A stretch of DNA of 59,160 bases. It comes from Fusobacterium sp. (GTDB lineage: Bacteria > Fusobacteriota > Fusobacteriia > Fusobacteriales > Fusobacteriaceae). The position numbers and the translations under genes are program-made. The stretch spans positions 1-59,160 of the forward strand of contig NZ_JARHZE010000041.1 of assembly GCF_029258315.1 (NCBI RefSeq), written 5' to 3'. Below, piece by piece: positions 1 to 9,994 of the stretch. Every line of letters starts with the position of its first letter. Within the stretch, counting starts at the first letter, position 1. The notes beneath the pieces were generated by a model. The model was not told the origin of the DNA, searched no databases, and saw nothing but the letters and a program-made list of their open reading frames with translations.

Positions 1-607
1 AAGTGCTGGAAATTTATTATTTAATATAATGAAGATTTTACCTAAAAAGAGTTTAGAATTTAAAGAGCCAAAAGAGATTATAAAAATAAAAGTTGATAAA
101 GAAACTGGATATAGGGCTAAATATTCTGTACAAACAAAAGAGATATTATATCCAAGTGAAGCTAAGCCTTTAAGAATATCCCCTTATTATAAAAAAATTT
201 TTGTAAATGAAGAGGGGAAAGAGGTTGATTCAAGAGATAAAGGATTTTTAAATCATAAAGAAAAAATTATACTAAATTATCCAATAGAAGTGATAAATTT
301 TTATGTAAGAAATAATTTTAACCTTCCAGAAATTTTTAAAAAGAAAACTAAAAATTTGAAATTTATATATCCAACTAAAAATTTAAAAATATCTATACCC
401 AGAGATTTTGATGGAGAAAAAAATATAATAATAAAAATTGCAAATTTAAAAAATGAAAAATTATATTGGTATCTAAATGGAAAATATTTAGGACAGGATA
501 ATGTTAATGAAAAAAAATTAAATTTAGGATCTGGAAAATATCAATTAACCATCGTTTCAGAAGCTGGTGAAAATGAAAAAATAAATTTTGAAATTATAAA
601 AAAATAG
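1..607 (+). CDS. pbpC: Penicillin-binding protein 1C, C-terminal part (5' truncated by window)
   Basis: Frame is open back to position 2 (SAGNLLFNIM...). The C-terminal 'LYWYLNGKYLG...GKYQLTIVSEAG' resembles the PBP1C C-terminal domain. Confidence 0.75.
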   Translation, partial: SAGNLLFNIMKILPKKSLEFKEPKEIIKIKVDKETGYRAKYSVQTKEILYPSEAKPLRISPYYKKIFVNEEGKEVDSRDKGFLNHKEKIILNYPIEVINFYVRNNFNLPEIFKKKTKNLKFIYPTKNLKISIPRDFDGEKNIIIKIANLKNEKLYWYLNGKYLGQDNVNEKKLNLGSGKYQLTIVSEAGENEKINFEIIKK

Positions 608-612
608 AAGAG

Positions 613-644
613 GGCTATTATAAATTTTGTATAATAGCTTTTTT
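613..644 (+). terminator. Intrinsic terminator after pbpC
   Basis: GCTATTATA(614-622)/TATAATAGC(630-638) stem followed by a T-run. Confidence 0.7.
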
Positions 645-778
645 ATTAAAAATAATTTTATCTGAAATAGATATAATAACAAAAAAATAAGATAAGAATA
701 ATAAAAAATAGTACCTGTTTAATTTTAAATTTTATTTAAGATTAAGTGATAATATATATAAAAATATATAAAATTTTA

Positions 779-807
779 TTGACAGAAGGGAATTTGTTTG
801 ATAAAAT
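779..807 (+). promoter_or_regulatory. Sigma70 promoter of brnQ
   Basis: TTGACA(779-784)-17 nt-TAAAAT(802-807) with extended -10 TG. Confidence 0.75.
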
Positions 808-913
808 CTTTTTCATATAGAAAAAATCTATATGAAAATTATTATTTTTAGTTAATAACGGTCTTATAAAAAAAGAAAAGACTGTTGAAAATATTTAATA
901 GAGGTGAGGGAAA

Positions 914-2188
914 ATGAATAAAGGAAAAGAAGCTTTAGTACTTGGTTTTGCATTGTTTGCAATGTTCTTCGGAGCTGGAAATTTAATATTTCCACCATCT
1001 GTAGGAATAAATATGGGGGACAATTGGTTTTTAGCAGGACTTGGATTTTTAATTACAGGAGTTGGACTTCCATTACTAGGAGTTATAGCTTTTATAAAAG
1101 TTAGAGAGTTAGAAAATTTCTCTACAAAGGTTTCTAAGGTTTTTAATAATATTTATTGTAGCGTACTTGTTTTAGTAATAGGACCATTATTTGCTATTCC
1201 AAGAACAGGATCAACAACAATTGAGATGGGTGTTTTACCAATGCTTTCAAATGTTGATAAAACAACAGTAACTATCGTAAGTTCTATTGTTTTCTTTGGA
1301 GTTACATTAATGCTTGTAATAAAAGAATCTAAAATAACTGATATCGTTGGAAAGTTTTTAACACCAATCATCTTAATAATTTTATTAGCTATCACAGCTT
1401 TAGGAATTGTTGGAGATATTGGAACTCCAATCCATAAAGTTGATTCTGGAATGTTCTCATTTGGATTTATCCAAGGATATCAAACAATGGATGCTTTAGC
1501 ATCAGTACTTTTTGGAGTTGTAATTATTAAAGGATTAAAAGGTAAAGGTGTTGAAGATCCGGAAGAGCAAGGACGTTTCTTATCAGTAGCAGGAATTATT
1601 GCTGCAACAGGATTAGGACTTATCTATTTTTCATTAATGTATCTAGGAGCAAGAATAAGTGGAGTTCAAGATGGTGCAGTTACTACATCAGCAGCTTTAT
1701 ATATAGCAGAGGTTACTTTAGGTTCAATTGGTAAAACAGCTTTTGGAATTTGTGTTGCAGCAGCTTGTTTGACAACATCAGTTGGATTAGTAGCTTTAAC
1801 AAGTGACTGGTTCTCAAGAATTACTCCATTCTCATACAAGACAATTGCAATTTCAACTTGTGTATTTTCTTCTGTAATGGCAATAGGTGGAGTAGATTTC
1901 ATCATTCAATTATCAGTACCAGTATTATGCATTTTATATCCAATAACAATAGTATTAATTTTATTCAATGTTATGGGAATAAGAAATGAATTAGCTTACA
2001 AAGCAGGAGTATATATTACACTAATTATCAGTGTTATTGAAGTTTTAGGATCAACTTTCAAAATAGAAGGATTAACAAGTTTAGTTCAAAGAGTACCTCT
2101 AGGGAAAGATGGATTTGCTTGGTTATTACCTTGTTTAGTTGCAACTGTAATAGGATTTATTCTTTCAAAAAAGACAAATAATAATTAA
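914..2188 (+). CDS. brnQ: Branched-chain amino acid:cation symporter (LIVCS)
   Basis: Motifs 'GFALFAMFFGAGNLIFPP', 'GPLFAIPRT', 'GYQTMDALAS'; SD GAGGTG. Confidence 0.95.
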   Translation: MNKGKEALVLGFALFAMFFGAGNLIFPPSVGINMGDNWFLAGLGFLITGVGLPLLGVIAFIKVRELENFSTKVSKVFNNIYCSVLVLVIGPLFAIPRTGSTTIEMGVLPMLSNVDKTTVTIVSSIVFFGVTLMLVIKESKITDIVGKFLTPIILIILLAITALGIVGDIGTPIHKVDSGMFSFGFIQGYQTMDALASVLFGVVIIKGLKGKGVEDPEEQGRFLSVAGIIAATGLGLIYFSLMYLGARISGVQDGAVTTSAALYIAEVTLGSIGKTAFGICVAAACLTTSVGLVALTSDWFSRITPFSYKTIAISTCVFSSVMAIGGVDFIIQLSVPVLCILYPITIVLILFNVMGIRNELAYKAGVYITLIISVIEVLGSTFKIEGLTSLVQRVPLGKDGFAWLLPCLVATVIGFILSKKTNNN

Positions 2189-2193
2189 GATAA

Positions 2194-2232
2194 AAAGAAG
2201 GAACTGATTTATTTTAGTTCCTTCTTTGTTTA
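2194..2232 (+). terminator. Intrinsic terminator after brnQ
   Basis: AAAGAAGGAACTGA/TTAGTTCCTTCTTT stem. Confidence 0.75.
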
Positions 2233-2302
2233 TGTATTAAAATTTTTAAATTTCTCAAACCAATATTTTTATTAAAACAGCTTAAGAAATAAAATATATA
2301 AT

Positions 2303-2335
2303 AAAAAAGAAACCATTTTGTTGGTTTCTTTTTTT
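2303..2335 (-). terminator. Intrinsic terminator after mtnN (bidirectional-type)
   Basis: AAAAAAGAAACCA/TGGTTTCTTTTTT. Confidence 0.7.
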
Positions 2336-2342
2336 ATTAAAA

Positions 2343-3134
2343 TTATAAATTATTTAACATCTCTAAAACTATTTTAGCAGAGTGATCTGAAGCAACTGGT
2401 TTAAGATCTTCGTAACTCATATGAGCAGATCCATCAGCTTTATCAGATATAGTTCTTAGTACAACAAAAGGTACTTTATACATAGAACCAGCCACTTGAG
2501 CAACAGAAGCTCCTTCCATTTCAACAGCTTTTGCCTCAAAAGCTTTTCCAAGATTAACAACTTTTTCTTTATCAGCAATAAATTGATCTCCAGAAATAAC
2601 AGTTCCAATATGAACTTTATCCTCTCCTAAAACTTTAACAGCAGATTTTTTAGCAACCTCAACTAAATCTTTATCAGCATAGAAGAATGGAGACTCCTCT
2701 TCATCAATAAGTCCTAGTGGACAACCAAAAGCTGTAAGGTCAAAGTCATGCTGAGCTAACTTATCAGAGATAACTAAGTCTAAAACATTTAGACTATGAT
2801 CAACAGCCCCAGCAATACCAGTGAATATAATTTTGTTAACTCCATACTCTCTAATAGCGATATCAGTTCCAACTGCAGAATTTACTTTTCCAATTCCAGT
2901 TCTAAAAAGAACGACATCTTTATTTTGAAGTTTTCCTTGGTAGAAAGTTATTTTTCCTATTTTTTTAGAAGTTATATCAGTCATAGATTTTTTTAAAAGA
3001 TCTATTTCAGAATCCATAGCTCCTATAATTCCAATTTTAGATGTTTCTTTTGTACTAGTTGCTCCAAAAGAGTTTGCTCCCATAAGTAGTAAAAATAATC
3101 CACTTAAAGAAAATAATTTTAATGATTTTTTCAA
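2343..3134 (-). CDS. mtnN: MTA/SAH nucleosidase with N-terminal signal peptide
   Basis: 'KIGIIGAMDSEI', 'GIGKVNSA', 'SGDQFI', 'VEMEGASVAQV', 'RTISDKADG'; TTG start; N-terminus MKKSLKLFSLSGLFLLLMGANSFGA. Confidence 0.92.
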   Translation of the reverse strand: MKKSLKLFSLSGLFLLLMGANSFGATSTKETSKIGIIGAMDSEIDLLKKSMTDITSKKIGKITFYQGKLQNKDVVLFRTGIGKVNSAVGTDIAIREYGVNKIIFTGIAGAVDHSLNVLDLVISDKLAQHDFDLTAFGCPLGLIDEEESPFFYADKDLVEVAKKSAVKVLGEDKVHIGTVISGDQFIADKEKVVNLGKAFEAKAVEMEGASVAQVAGSMYKVPFVVLRTISDKADGSAHMSYEDLKPVASDHSAKIVLEMLNNL

Positions 3135-3197
3135 TTTCTCATCTCCTTAATAAAAAATTTTATAGTATACTATGTTTTGACATAGTTTTTAATATGG

Positions 3198-3389
3198 TTA
3201 TATTTCTTTACAATATAAATTTATATCAGTACCATCAATAAGAGTTAAAATGTACCAATTATAATTTTCAAAAAGTCCACTTCTCCCTGCATTTTGAAAT
3301 CCAATAATACAGTCACTATTAAATATCTCTTCAAAAACTTCTTTTGTAACGCACTCAGTATCTAAAGCTAAAATTTCTTCTTTTGTCAT
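3198..3389 (-). CDS. Small hypothetical protein (63 aa)
   Basis: SD AGGAG upstream of ATG; lies between yitT and mtnN in the same orientation. Confidence 0.7.
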   Translation of the reverse strand: MTKEEILALDTECVTKEVFEEIFNSDCIIGFQNAGRSGLFENYNWYILTLIDGTDINLYCKEI

Positions 3390-3398
3390 AGTTACTCC

Positions 3399-4271
3399 TT
3401 ATTCAATATTTTTAAATCCTTCTCCAAGAACCTCAGAAATATCACTTATAAAAATAAAAGCATTCTTATCGATATTTCTAACAATTTTTTTTATAGTGGT
3501 AACTTCATACCTGCTGACTAAACATTGTACAATTTCTTTAGGATCTCCTTGATAACCACCTTTAGCACAAATAAGAGTTGTACCTCTATCAAGTTCTTTC
3601 ATAATAGCCTCTTTTATTTCAAAACTTTTTTCTGAGATGATACTTACAGATTTTGAAGAATTAAAACCATCTTGAATAACATCAATAACTTTTGATGAGG
3701 TAAATAATCCCACAAGAGTATACATAAAAATCTCTTTTCCAAAAAGAAAACCTAAAAGAGAAAGAACAATTGTGTCTAAAATTAAAAATCCCTTTCCTAT
3801 TGGAAGATTAAAATATTTATTTAAAATTTTTATTAAGATATCGGCTCCGCCACTAGAACCACCAGCAACAAAGATAAGGCTCAAACCTATTCCAATTAAA
3901 ACTCCTCCAAAAAGAGAGGCCATTATTTTATCATTCATAGGTCCAAGATAATTCTTTAAAATTTTAAAAGCGATAGAAGTTGCCAAAGTTCCATAAAAAG
4001 TTTTTATAATAAATTTTCCGCCAATTAATTTATATCCGATAAAAATTAAAGGAATATTTAAACAAGCATAAGTAACTCCAATATCAAATTTAAATAGAAA
4101 ATATAAAATAGTGGCAATACCAGCTATACCACCATCGGCCATTTGGTTGGCCACAAAAAAATAGTTTACTCCAAAGGCATAGATAAAAGCTCCAATAGTT
4201 ATAAGAAGTATATCTTTAAATACATCTTTATAACTGACATCTGAAAATAAATTTTTTGTATATTTTTTCAT
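3399..4271 (-). CDS. YitT family membrane protein
   Basis: 'GGIAGIA', 'GGSSGGADI', C-terminal 'RGTTL..AKGGY...IDKNAFI..EVLGEGF'. Confidence 0.9.
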   Translation of the reverse strand: MKKYTKNLFSDVSYKDVFKDILLITIGAFIYAFGVNYFFVANQMADGGIAGIATILYFLFKFDIGVTYACLNIPLIFIGYKLIGGKFIIKTFYGTLATSIAFKILKNYLGPMNDKIMASLFGGVLIGIGLSLIFVAGGSSGGADILIKILNKYFNLPIGKGFLILDTIVLSLLGFLFGKEIFMYTLVGLFTSSKVIDVIQDGFNSSKSVSIISEKSFEIKEAIMKELDRGTTLICAKGGYQGDPKEIVQCLVSRYEVTTIKKIVRNIDKNAFIFISDISEVLGEGFKNIE

Positions 4272-4366
4272 AATTATTCAACCTCGATTATTATCTTAGT
4301 ACCAAATTAATTATAATCTATTTTTTTTAAATTAGCAAGTTGAATGAAAAATAATATAAAAAATTC

Positions 4367-4395
4367 TTGACAAAAATATTAATAAGTGTTAACAT
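4367..4395 (+). promoter_or_regulatory. Sigma70 promoter of groESL
   Basis: TTGACA(4367-4372)-17 nt-TAACAT(4390-4395) with TG extension. Confidence 0.7.
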
Positions 4396-4410
4396 TACAT
4401 TATGAAATTA

Positions 4411-4437
4411 TTAGCACTCTACTTGATAGAGTGCTAA
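4411..4437 (+). promoter_or_regulatory. CIRCE element (HrcA operator)
   Basis: Exact TTAGCACTC-N9-GAGTGCTAA upstream of groES. Confidence 0.97.
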
Positions 4438-4460
4438 AATATAGAAGGGGGATTTTTAAA

Positions 4461-4733
4461 ATGAGTATAAAACCTATTGGAGAGAGAGTTGTTGCAAAAG
4501 CAATTAAAGCAGAGGAAAAGACAGCAGGTGGAATTATTTTAACAACTTCTTCTGTGAAATTAAATCCAAATACTGTTGAAGTTGTAGCTGTGGGACTTGG
4601 AGAAAAAGTAACAAAAGAGATAAAAGTAGGGGATAAAATAATTTTTACAGGATATTCCGCTACTAAAGTACAAGATAATAATGAAGAATTTTTAATAATT
4701 GATTTTGAAAATATATTAGGAAAAGTAGAGTAG
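4461..4733 (+). CDS. groES: Co-chaperonin GroES
   Basis: 'MSIKPIGERVV...EEKTAGGIIL...VVAVG'. Start moved from 4386 to the ATG at 4461 (SD AGGGGG); the 4386 extension merely spans CIRCE. Confidence 0.95.
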   Translation: MSIKPIGERVVAKAIKAEEKTAGGIILTTSSVKLNPNTVEVVAVGLGEKVTKEIKVGDKIIFTGYSATKVQDNNEEFLIIDFENILGKVE

Positions 4734-6359
<1,626 letters not shown>

Positions 6360-6436
6360 AATCATAAAACAATAAAATTTTAATAAGAAACAGAAAATAT
6401 ATTGATAAAAACTTTCAAAAACAAAAAACTTTCACT

Positions 6437-6468
6437 AATAGAGGATAGAAATACTATCCTCTATTTTT
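6437..6468 (+). terminator. groESL terminator
   Basis: AATAGAGGATAG/CTATCCTCTATT stem plus T-run. Confidence 0.8.
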
Positions 6469-6512
6469 ATTTTAAATAAAAAATGAGCCTTAAAAAAGAC
6501 TCATTATTTATC

Positions 6513-7178
6513 TTAGATCTCTTTAAAAATTTTATCAATTTTTTTAAGTAGATTAACAACCATTTTTTGTTTTTCTAAAGGAAGCTTATTAAAATTTTCT
6601 TTTTTAGGAAAATGATTTACAAAATTATTAATATCATAATTTAAAATATCATTATCTTCTAGGATAATAGCTTTCTTCTCGGAAAAAATTTCCTCTAAGT
6701 AATCAATTGAATTATCTTTTTCTAAATTTTCAATGATCTCCTTAGGGTTAGGAGTTTTACAGATTTTATCAATCTTAGCATAAGCTAATTTTGCAATTGT
6801 TTCTTTAGAAAAATCATTTGAACAAAGAGAATATAGTTTATAACGGTTTCTATGTCTAAGAGCTGTCATTTTATTATATCCATTTAATTCAAGCCATTTT
6901 ACATAACAACCAGTATATCTATTTCCACTTAATTTTAGTTCGACTTCAGTAAATATTTTTCCTAAAGTAAGAGAAGTTTGAGCTTGTAAATTTAAAACCT
7001 CTAAAGATTTTTCTTTTAAAAAATCATTAACTTCATTATCAAGAGTTAATTTAAATACATCTTCATTTATATTTTTTATTAAAAAGTTATTTTTTCCTTT
7101 TACTATTTTCTCTTCAACTTTTTTTTGTTTACGAGAGTTTAATAAATCTTTTAATTTTTCATCAATCTTTTTTTCCAT
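6513..7178 (-). CDS. Hypothetical ParA-partner protein (putative DNA-binding partition protein, not canonical ParB)
   Basis: Starts 2 nt after the parA stop. Helical segment 'LGKIF...GCYVKWLELNGYNKMTALRHRNRYKLY'; no ParB GxRRxxA box seen. Confidence 0.55.
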   Translation of the reverse strand: MEKKIDEKLKDLLNSRKQKKVEEKIVKGKNNFLIKNINEDVFKLTLDNEVNDFLKEKSLEVLNLQAQTSLTLGKIFTEVELKLSGNRYTGCYVKWLELNGYNKMTALRHRNRYKLYSLCSNDFSKETIAKLAYAKIDKICKTPNPKEIIENLEKDNSIDYLEEIFSEKKAIILEDNDILNYDINNFVNHFPKKENFNKLPLEKQKMVVNLLKKIDKIFKEI

Positions 7179-7180
7179 TA

Positions 7181-7900
7181 TTATTCACCTAGTTCAATCA
7201 TTATATCAGCTAAAGTTTTTCTTGCATCATCTAAAAGTTTTGATTTAGTTTCCCAAATAGTTTTACCATTTCCTAAAAGATTTTCAACTTGAGAAAGCTC
7301 TCTTATAGGTTCTGGGAAAAGAATATCAGTATCTCTTAAAAGATTTTTTAATTTTTCAAGATTTTCATTTTGAGTTACAGTACTTCTATATTTATTAGGA
7401 ATAACAGCTAGGATTTTTTCAATTCCAGCTTCTTCAATAACATTTGCTACCCCTTCAATAGTAGCTCTGTCACAAAATACAGGAATAATAATTTTATCAG
7501 AGCATCTTACAAACTCAGAATCTATTTTTAAAAGAGGCATACTATCAATAAGAATATAATCATATTCCTCTCTCATTCTATCTAAAAATGGTTCTAATTT
7601 TTTAGAGAACACAGAAGAAAATTTACTGTTTTCAAGAGGTATAAAATAAAGATTATCTCTAAGTTTTATAAGTTCTCCTTTTTTACCTCTTACCCAAACT
7701 TTTAATCCATTTTTAAAAGATGGAACTTCACCATCTTTAAATGTATAGTGTAAAATATTATTTTGAGAGTCAGAAGTAAGAATCAATACTTTTTTTCCAA
7801 TAGAAGCAAGTCCAGCCCCAAGTTGTACAGTTAAGAAAGTTTTTCCAACTCCACCTTTATTAACTTTTATAATTATAACTTTTCCTTTATTGTTATCCAT
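7181..7900 (-). CDS. parA: ParA/Soj family ATPase
   Basis: Deviant Walker A 'NKGGVGKT', 'TSDSQNN', Walker B 'YDYILIDS'; SD AGGAG. Confidence 0.88.
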   Translation of the reverse strand: MDNNKGKVIIIKVNKGGVGKTFLTVQLGAGLASIGKKVLILTSDSQNNILHYTFKDGEVPSFKNGLKVWVRGKKGELIKLRDNLYFIPLENSKFSSVFSKKLEPFLDRMREEYDYILIDSMPLLKIDSEFVRCSDKIIIPVFCDRATIEGVANVIEEAGIEKILAVIPNKYRSTVTQNENLEKLKNLLRDTDILFPEPIRELSQVENLLGNGKTIWETKSKLLDDARKTLADIMIELGE

Positions 7901-7991
7901 AATGTACTCCTATAAAAAATAATTTTATCAATCTATTGTATCACAAATGGTAAGAAAAGTTTATATAAAAATATTTTTTATGAAATAAGAC

Positions 7992-8020
7992 TTGATTTAA
8001 TTTAATTTTCATAATATAAT
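7992..8020 (+). promoter_or_regulatory. Sigma70 promoter for the long leader and ABC operon, divergent from parA
   Basis: TTGATT(7992-7997)-17 nt-TATAAT(8015-8020). Confidence 0.65.
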
Positions 8021-8131
8021 CTTACAGTATTAAGCAAAAGAAAAATAAAGTGATAGATTTAAAATAGATTGTTTAAATAAAAATCCTTTTGACAAGTTTA
8101 CAAAAGAATTTTTAAAAATAAAAAGGAGGAA

Positions 8132-8480
8132 GTATTTAATATCAAAAATGTATGGATATATTTAAGTTAAAAAATATTATCTTTTCTTAGGGGGCTTTTT
8201 TAAGCTTACGAGTAGTTAAGTGATTAATATAAAAAAATTACGATAGGTGGTAATATTTTTGTATGTTTTAAATCTTTTCAAGTGAAAAGAACTTAACTTT
8301 CTTTATTTCGATAAAAGTTATTAGATTAAAGAGTTCTATAACTTAAGTCACGAGAATAAAAATAAAGAACTTAAGAAAAATTATTTTGTACTCCGAGAAG
8401 TCTGCTGGGTAGCTTTTAGAGTAGTGGACAGTTATCTTATACATTTAAGTTTTTTTGTTGTATCAAAAAATATTAAATAC
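8132..8480 (+). ncRNA. Candidate large structured RNA or IR-bounded element
   Basis: Nested long-range stems 8132-8142/8470-8480 (11 bp perfect), 8146-8153/8439-8446, 8182-8189/8372-8379 and 8214-8221/8291-8298; local hairpins including TTTAT-TTCG-ATAAA; no ORF. Confidence 0.55.
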
Positions 8481-8487
8481 GAAAGTT

Positions 8488-9981
8488 ATGAAAAAAAGAT
8501 TTTTGGCGTTTTTGATGGTTTTATTTTTATTTGTTAGTTGTGGAGAAAAAGAGAGCAAAGATAATACTTCTTTGAAAAACAAAGTAGTAGTAAAAATTTC
8601 AGCTGACCCAGACTACTTAGATCCACACAAATATGTAGCAGCAGCTACTGGAGAGATAATTTTTAATATTTTTGAAGGATTAGTAAAACCTGATTCAGAT
8701 GGAAGTATTAAACCAGCTTTAGCAGAGAGCTATACAGTATCAGAAGATTTTTTAACATACACTTTTAAAATTAAAAAAGGTATAAAATTTCAAAATGGGG
8801 TAGAACTTACTCCTGAATTAGTAAAAGCATCTTATGATAGATTTTTATTAAAAGATTTCCCAACTAATCTATCAACAACAGAGTTTAAAAAATTAATAAA
8901 ATCTGTTGTAGTTGATGGAGATAATGTCGTATTCACATTAAACAATGTAACAGGAGAGGGAATTGCAGCATTTTTAGATGGAATAATCTATGAAGATGGG
9001 GACAAAATTTATGGAACAGGACCTTATGCTTTAGAAGAATATGTACCAGGAGAAAGAGTTACTCTTAAAAAATTTGCTGATTACTGGAATAAAGATAATG
9101 TAGGAAATGTTGAAGAAGCAGAATTTAGAGTTATTAAAGACGATCAAAGTGGAGTTATGTCTTTCCAAATGGGAGATGTTGATATTATTCATAGAATGGG
9201 AGCAGAATATGTAAGTATGGTAGAAAACTCTGGAAATATTTTAGAGGGAGAACAAAATATGGTTCAATTATTAGCTCTAAATAATAGTGTTGCTCCATTG
9301 GATAATTTAAAAGTAAGACAAGCAATCAATTATGCTATTAATAAAAAAGAAATAATAGATGGAGCATCTTTAGGAAAAGGAGCTATCACTGGTGGAGCTG
9401 TAAGTCCTTCTGTAAAATCTATCTATAATAAAGAAACAGAAAGTTTATACAATACTGATTTAGAAAAATCTAAAGAGTTATTAAAAGAAGCTGGATATTC
9501 AAATGGATTAAAATTAGTTTTAAGAGCTCCAGCAAATTATAGAGTTCATGTAGATGCAGCTCAAATAATAAAAGAACAGTTAGCAAAAGTTGGAATTGAT
9601 GTAGAAATTGAAGAGATTGAGTGGGGAACTTGGTTAAGTGATGTTTATAAAAATAGAAACTATCAAATGACAGTTATTGGATTTGAAGGAAAACCATCTC
9701 CATATGCAACTGTTGATAGATATAGAACAAAAGACCCAAGAAATATGGTTAACTTCTCAAATGAAGAGTATGATCAAATTATAGCAAAAATACCAACAGA
9801 AATAGATCAAGAAAAACAAGCACAGTTATATAGAGATGCTCAAAAAGTATTAACTGAAAATGTAGGAGCAGTATTTTTACAAGCACCAAACTATATAGTT
9901 GCTATAAATAAAAATATAGATGGATTTAAAATTTATCCATTATATGTTTTGGATTTAAGTTCTTTAGTAATAAAAAAATAA
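8488..9981 (+). CDS. ABC transporter substrate-binding lipoprotein, family 5 (peptide/nickel)
   Basis: Lipoprotein signal 'MKKRFLAFLMVLFLFVSC', 'IFEGLV', 'GTGPY'. Start 8488 preferred over 8455. Confidence 0.9.
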   Translation: MKKRFLAFLMVLFLFVSCGEKESKDNTSLKNKVVVKISADPDYLDPHKYVAAATGEIIFNIFEGLVKPDSDGSIKPALAESYTVSEDFLTYTFKIKKGIKFQNGVELTPELVKASYDRFLLKDFPTNLSTTEFKKLIKSVVVDGDNVVFTLNNVTGEGIAAFLDGIIYEDGDKIYGTGPYALEEYVPGERVTLKKFADYWNKDNVGNVEEAEFRVIKDDQSGVMSFQMGDVDIIHRMGAEYVSMVENSGNILEGEQNMVQLLALNNSVAPLDNLKVRQAINYAINKKEIIDGASLGKGAITGGAVSPSVKSIYNKETESLYNTDLEKSKELLKEAGYSNGLKLVLRAPANYRVHVDAAQIIKEQLAKVGIDVEIEEIEWGTWLSDVYKNRNYQMTVIGFEGKPSPYATVDRYRTKDPRNMVNFSNEEYDQIIAKIPTEIDQEKQAQLYRDAQKVLTENVGAVFLQAPNYIVAINKNIDGFKIYPLYVLDLSSLVIKK

Positions 9982-9994
9982 AAGGAGTTAAAAA

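Noticed and set aside
6407-6434. Direct repeat AAAAACTTTCA x2 after groEL
   Set aside because: Only two low-complexity copies; insufficient for an iteron or parS call
8148-8165. MYGYI* mini-ORF after AGGAGG
   Set aside because: ATG is 18 nt from the SD, too far for normal initiation
8240-8260. T-box-like AGGTGGTAA
   Set aside because: Lacks the ACC/GCG continuation, antiterminator and downstream terminator
8027-8487. tmRNA, RNase P, SRP RNA or group II intron as identity of the structured region
   Set aside because: No tRNA-like ends, no GAGGAAAGUCC, no SRP GGAA-loop motif and no domain V signature seen
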